From contig NW_024704742.1 in assembly GCF_018977255.1 (NCBI RefSeq), positions 79,114,001 to 79,178,000 on the forward strand: 64,000 bases of DNA. The letters are read 5' to 3'. A program made the translations under genes and the position numbers. Below, one piece after another: positions 61,710 through 64,000 of this stretch (its first letter is position 1; the number at the start of each line of letters is the position of its first letter). The notes below the pieces were generated by a model. It was not told the origin of the DNA, ran no database searches, and saw only the letters and a list, made by a program, of their open reading frames with translations. Origin of the DNA: Callorhinchus milii (Eukaryota).

Positions 61710-61948
61710 AAGTGTATATCAAAGATCCCATGTCACTGAAAGAAAGAGAAGGGAGTTTCTCCTTACGTCCTGGACAACAATTCCCCAGATAATTCATGAC
61801 TGTTTGTGGGACAATGTTATGCACAAACTGTCTGTTGCATTCACCAATAAATACAGTAACTACACTTTACAGTGAATCCTGTGAAGTGCTTTGAGATGTT
61901 TTGATGGCGTGATACAAAACTATATTAGATGCAAGGATTATTATTACT
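61710..61948 (+). mobile_element. Older DeuSINE body and tail
   Basis: AAAGATCCCATG..GGGAGTTTCTCC..CTGTTTGTGGGAC..GATGCAAGGATTATT. Confidence 0.75.
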
Positions 61949-62217
61949 ATAACAAACACATAATAATTGATTTTAAACACAATATAGTGTATTTGAGCAC
62001 TTAATTCTTGCTCTATGTGTTTGATTCAATATCCCTGTTCAGATTTGTTGCATGGATATATTGATAGGAAACTCTACAGTGTGTACTGACAACAAACATG
62101 TTATCACTGATGTACCATTCAATGAATGAATACAGACAGTGGCATAGTATAGCTATTTACATTTATATTACAACAAAAAGTACCTTATACTTATGCTTAT
62201 ACAAAAAGTACCTTATC

Positions 62218-62543
62218 GGAGTCCTGCAGCTCAGTGGTTAGAGCACTCGCTTTGCAAGCGAGAGACCTGAGTTCAATCCCAGGCAGGGCGAAACCTTGGG
62301 CAAGTTTCCTTACTCCACACGCCTAATAATAATCCCTCCAAAACCAAAAACAATAATAAAAATTGGTCATTTTCAATCTACGACTGTTTGTGGGACATTG
62401 CTGTGCGCAATTGGCTGCCGCGTTCGCCCACAAATATACAGTCAATTCACTTTACAGTGTGTTCTGTGAAGCGCTTTGGGACGTCCTCCCGACGTGAAAA
62501 GCGCTATATCAAATGCAAGGATTATTATTATTATTATTATTAT
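62218..62543 (+). mobile_element. tRNA-Ala-derived Deu-like SINE, short form, near-consensus (CpGs intact)
   Basis: Complete element; GGCTGCCGCGTTCGCC core undecayed; (ATT)n tail. Confidence 0.96.
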
Positions 62544-63329
62544 CTATGCATACGACAGTCCTCCCACATTTCCTTAAGACTTAACATAAATCTCCAGTGA
62601 TCTTATTCAAAAGATTAGTTTGGATGAAGAAGGCCCTTCATTCCATCCAGTCTCAGTCCTTCTACAACACCACCCTGCTGCATCAAGCAACTTTTTAAAT
62701 GAGTCCTGGCCTCAAGCACCCGATCTCCTCCATGTGTTATTCTAAGTGATCATTTTGAACTTCAGGAATGGACTGTACCTTTACAGAAATCTCACTTCAG
62801 TCCAGAAACCTGCTGATACAGGAAGTGATGCACATGTGAATTCTTGCTCTAGGTAGTTTTCATTTTATTTCGACACACCCTCTGTTAATCTCTTTAATGG
62901 TACAATTTCCTATTCAGATGCTTAAATGCTTCATCCATGTTTTGAAGTGCTATGAATATTTTATAATTGTTGGCCTTTTTTGGGATGCTAGATGAATCTG
63001 GCAGGTAGTCAAAAGCTTTAAACCAATATTACAAAACAATAAAAACGTCTCTACAGATTAGAAATCCATTAAAGTATTTTATGTGTATTTTGTAATTGTA
63101 GTTGTAGTCAGTCAGCTGAGCAACCATTGTAGGCCATTTCAAGGTAGGTTTGTATTCATTGAATGACTTAACACAATTCATGTGAAGCAAATAATTTTTA
63201 CATCTTTCTCTTTTGACATCATGAACTTTTCATCAACCTTTATCCCATTTAGTAAAGTGATTTCATATGGTTGGTGATAGAGAGCACCTGACAGTCTAAC
63301 ATTTCCATATTATAATCGTAGATATACTC

Positions 63330-63455
63330 CAACAAAAACAACAACAAAATTCTATTTGTAAAGCGCCTTTCGCATTAGGAGGACGTCGGAAGGCGCTGGA
63401 CAGACAGAGTTACGGACCCAAACTGGGGGTAGGGGTGGGGGAGGGTGGAGGGCAG
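63330..63455 (-). mobile_element. L2 LINE 3' UTR/tail
   Basis: Reverse complement of the 55570-55690-type UTR; (CAA)n tail. Confidence 0.85.
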
Positions 63456-63643
63456 TGGAGCAATCGCTCTGAGATGCTACGCTATATGGAGGGCACAATA
63501 TAAGTACAAGTTGTTGTAGATGTGCTTTAAATCCACACTTCAGTGTTAAGATTTACGTGAAGCATGCCGCTCCCTTGATAAATTTGTTGCACCCAATCCA
63601 AGGCTTGGATGAAGCACTGGGGTTTATGCATTTTCCTTTCAGT

Positions 63644-63815
63644 TATTAATAATAATAATCTTTGCATTTGATATAGTGTCTCATCACGTCTTTGAGACGT
63701 TTTAAAGTGCTTCACAGAATACACGGTAAAGTGAATTGACTGCAAATTTGTGGCTGAAAAGTGGCAGCCGATTGCACACAGTAGTGTCCCACAAACAGTC
63801 ATGGATTGAGTTACC
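63644..63815 (-). mobile_element. Deu-like SINE 3' fragment
   Basis: (AAT)n TTTGCATTTGATATAG..GGCAGCCGATTGCACACAG..GTCCCACAAACAG. Confidence 0.88.
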
Positions 63816-63913
63816 ACATTTTTTTTTGATTTGTTGTTTTATACACATTATGTAATGTGTTTCTTGAACAATGAAAACTGAGCTTTCACTCTCTGAATGC
63901 CCAGCTACTTTCT

Positions 63914-64000
63914 ACAACTGGCACCGCCTTCCATCACCTCCGGAACATCGCCAGACTACGGCATTACCTCACCCCTCACGCTGCTGAAACCCTGGTTCAC
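63914..64000 (+). mobile_element. Young L2 LINE segment running off the window
   Basis: [28 protein letters not shown], near-identical to 31075-31161. Confidence 0.93.

Noticed and set aside
63421..63455. G-quadruplex-like G runs
   Set aside because: Just the antisense strand of the C-rich L2 3' UTR, present in many copies.
1..64000. L2 orientation bias as proof of a minus-strand host gene
   Set aside because: About 13 plus versus 7 minus fragments is too few to be significant, and the two large CR1s are on the minus strand.
1..64000. CRISPR array, prokaryotic operon or defence system
   Set aside because: No regularly spaced repeat-spacer array and no gene-dense region; all RT domains are CR1/L2 non-LTR types in vertebrate DNA.

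Overview
Eukaryotic, repeat-dense vertebrate DNA, intronic or intergenic. The repeat complement points to a cartilaginous fish, possibly a chimaera/elephant-shark relative (inferred from repeat families, not proven). I could not identify any host protein-coding exon. Every long ORF belongs to a decayed retroelement or is an antisense/low-complexity artefact. Contents: about 20 L2-clade LINE fragments of roughly four 3'-UTR subfamilies; two large CR1-clade LINE remnants (one covering the ORF1 esterase part, APE endonuclease and RT); a young tRNA-Ala(TGC)-headed, Deu-domain-like SINE in long and short forms that shares its 3' stem-loop with the L2s; an older SacSINE1/AmnSINE-like family; a hAT-type MITE with an 8-bp TSD; two unclassified repeats; and GA/CA low-complexity tracts. 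Most interesting points: a covarying L2/SINE 3' hairpin; a three-level nest (unclassified TG-starting repeat > CR1 > L2); an L2 that stops at 61706 and resumes at 63914 with a 32-nt overlap; several perfect fold-back palindromes, two at retroelement 5' junctions; and repeat-free islands with promoter-like signals (minus-strand TATA plus a pre-miRNA-sized hairpin near 11 kb; GATA/MEF2/TCF/RFX motifs plus Kozak ATG and splice donor near 22.1 kb; a perfect RFX X-box at 47.4 kb). I see no convincing new biological system; these are leads for follow-up. Repeat boundaries are by eye and approximate.
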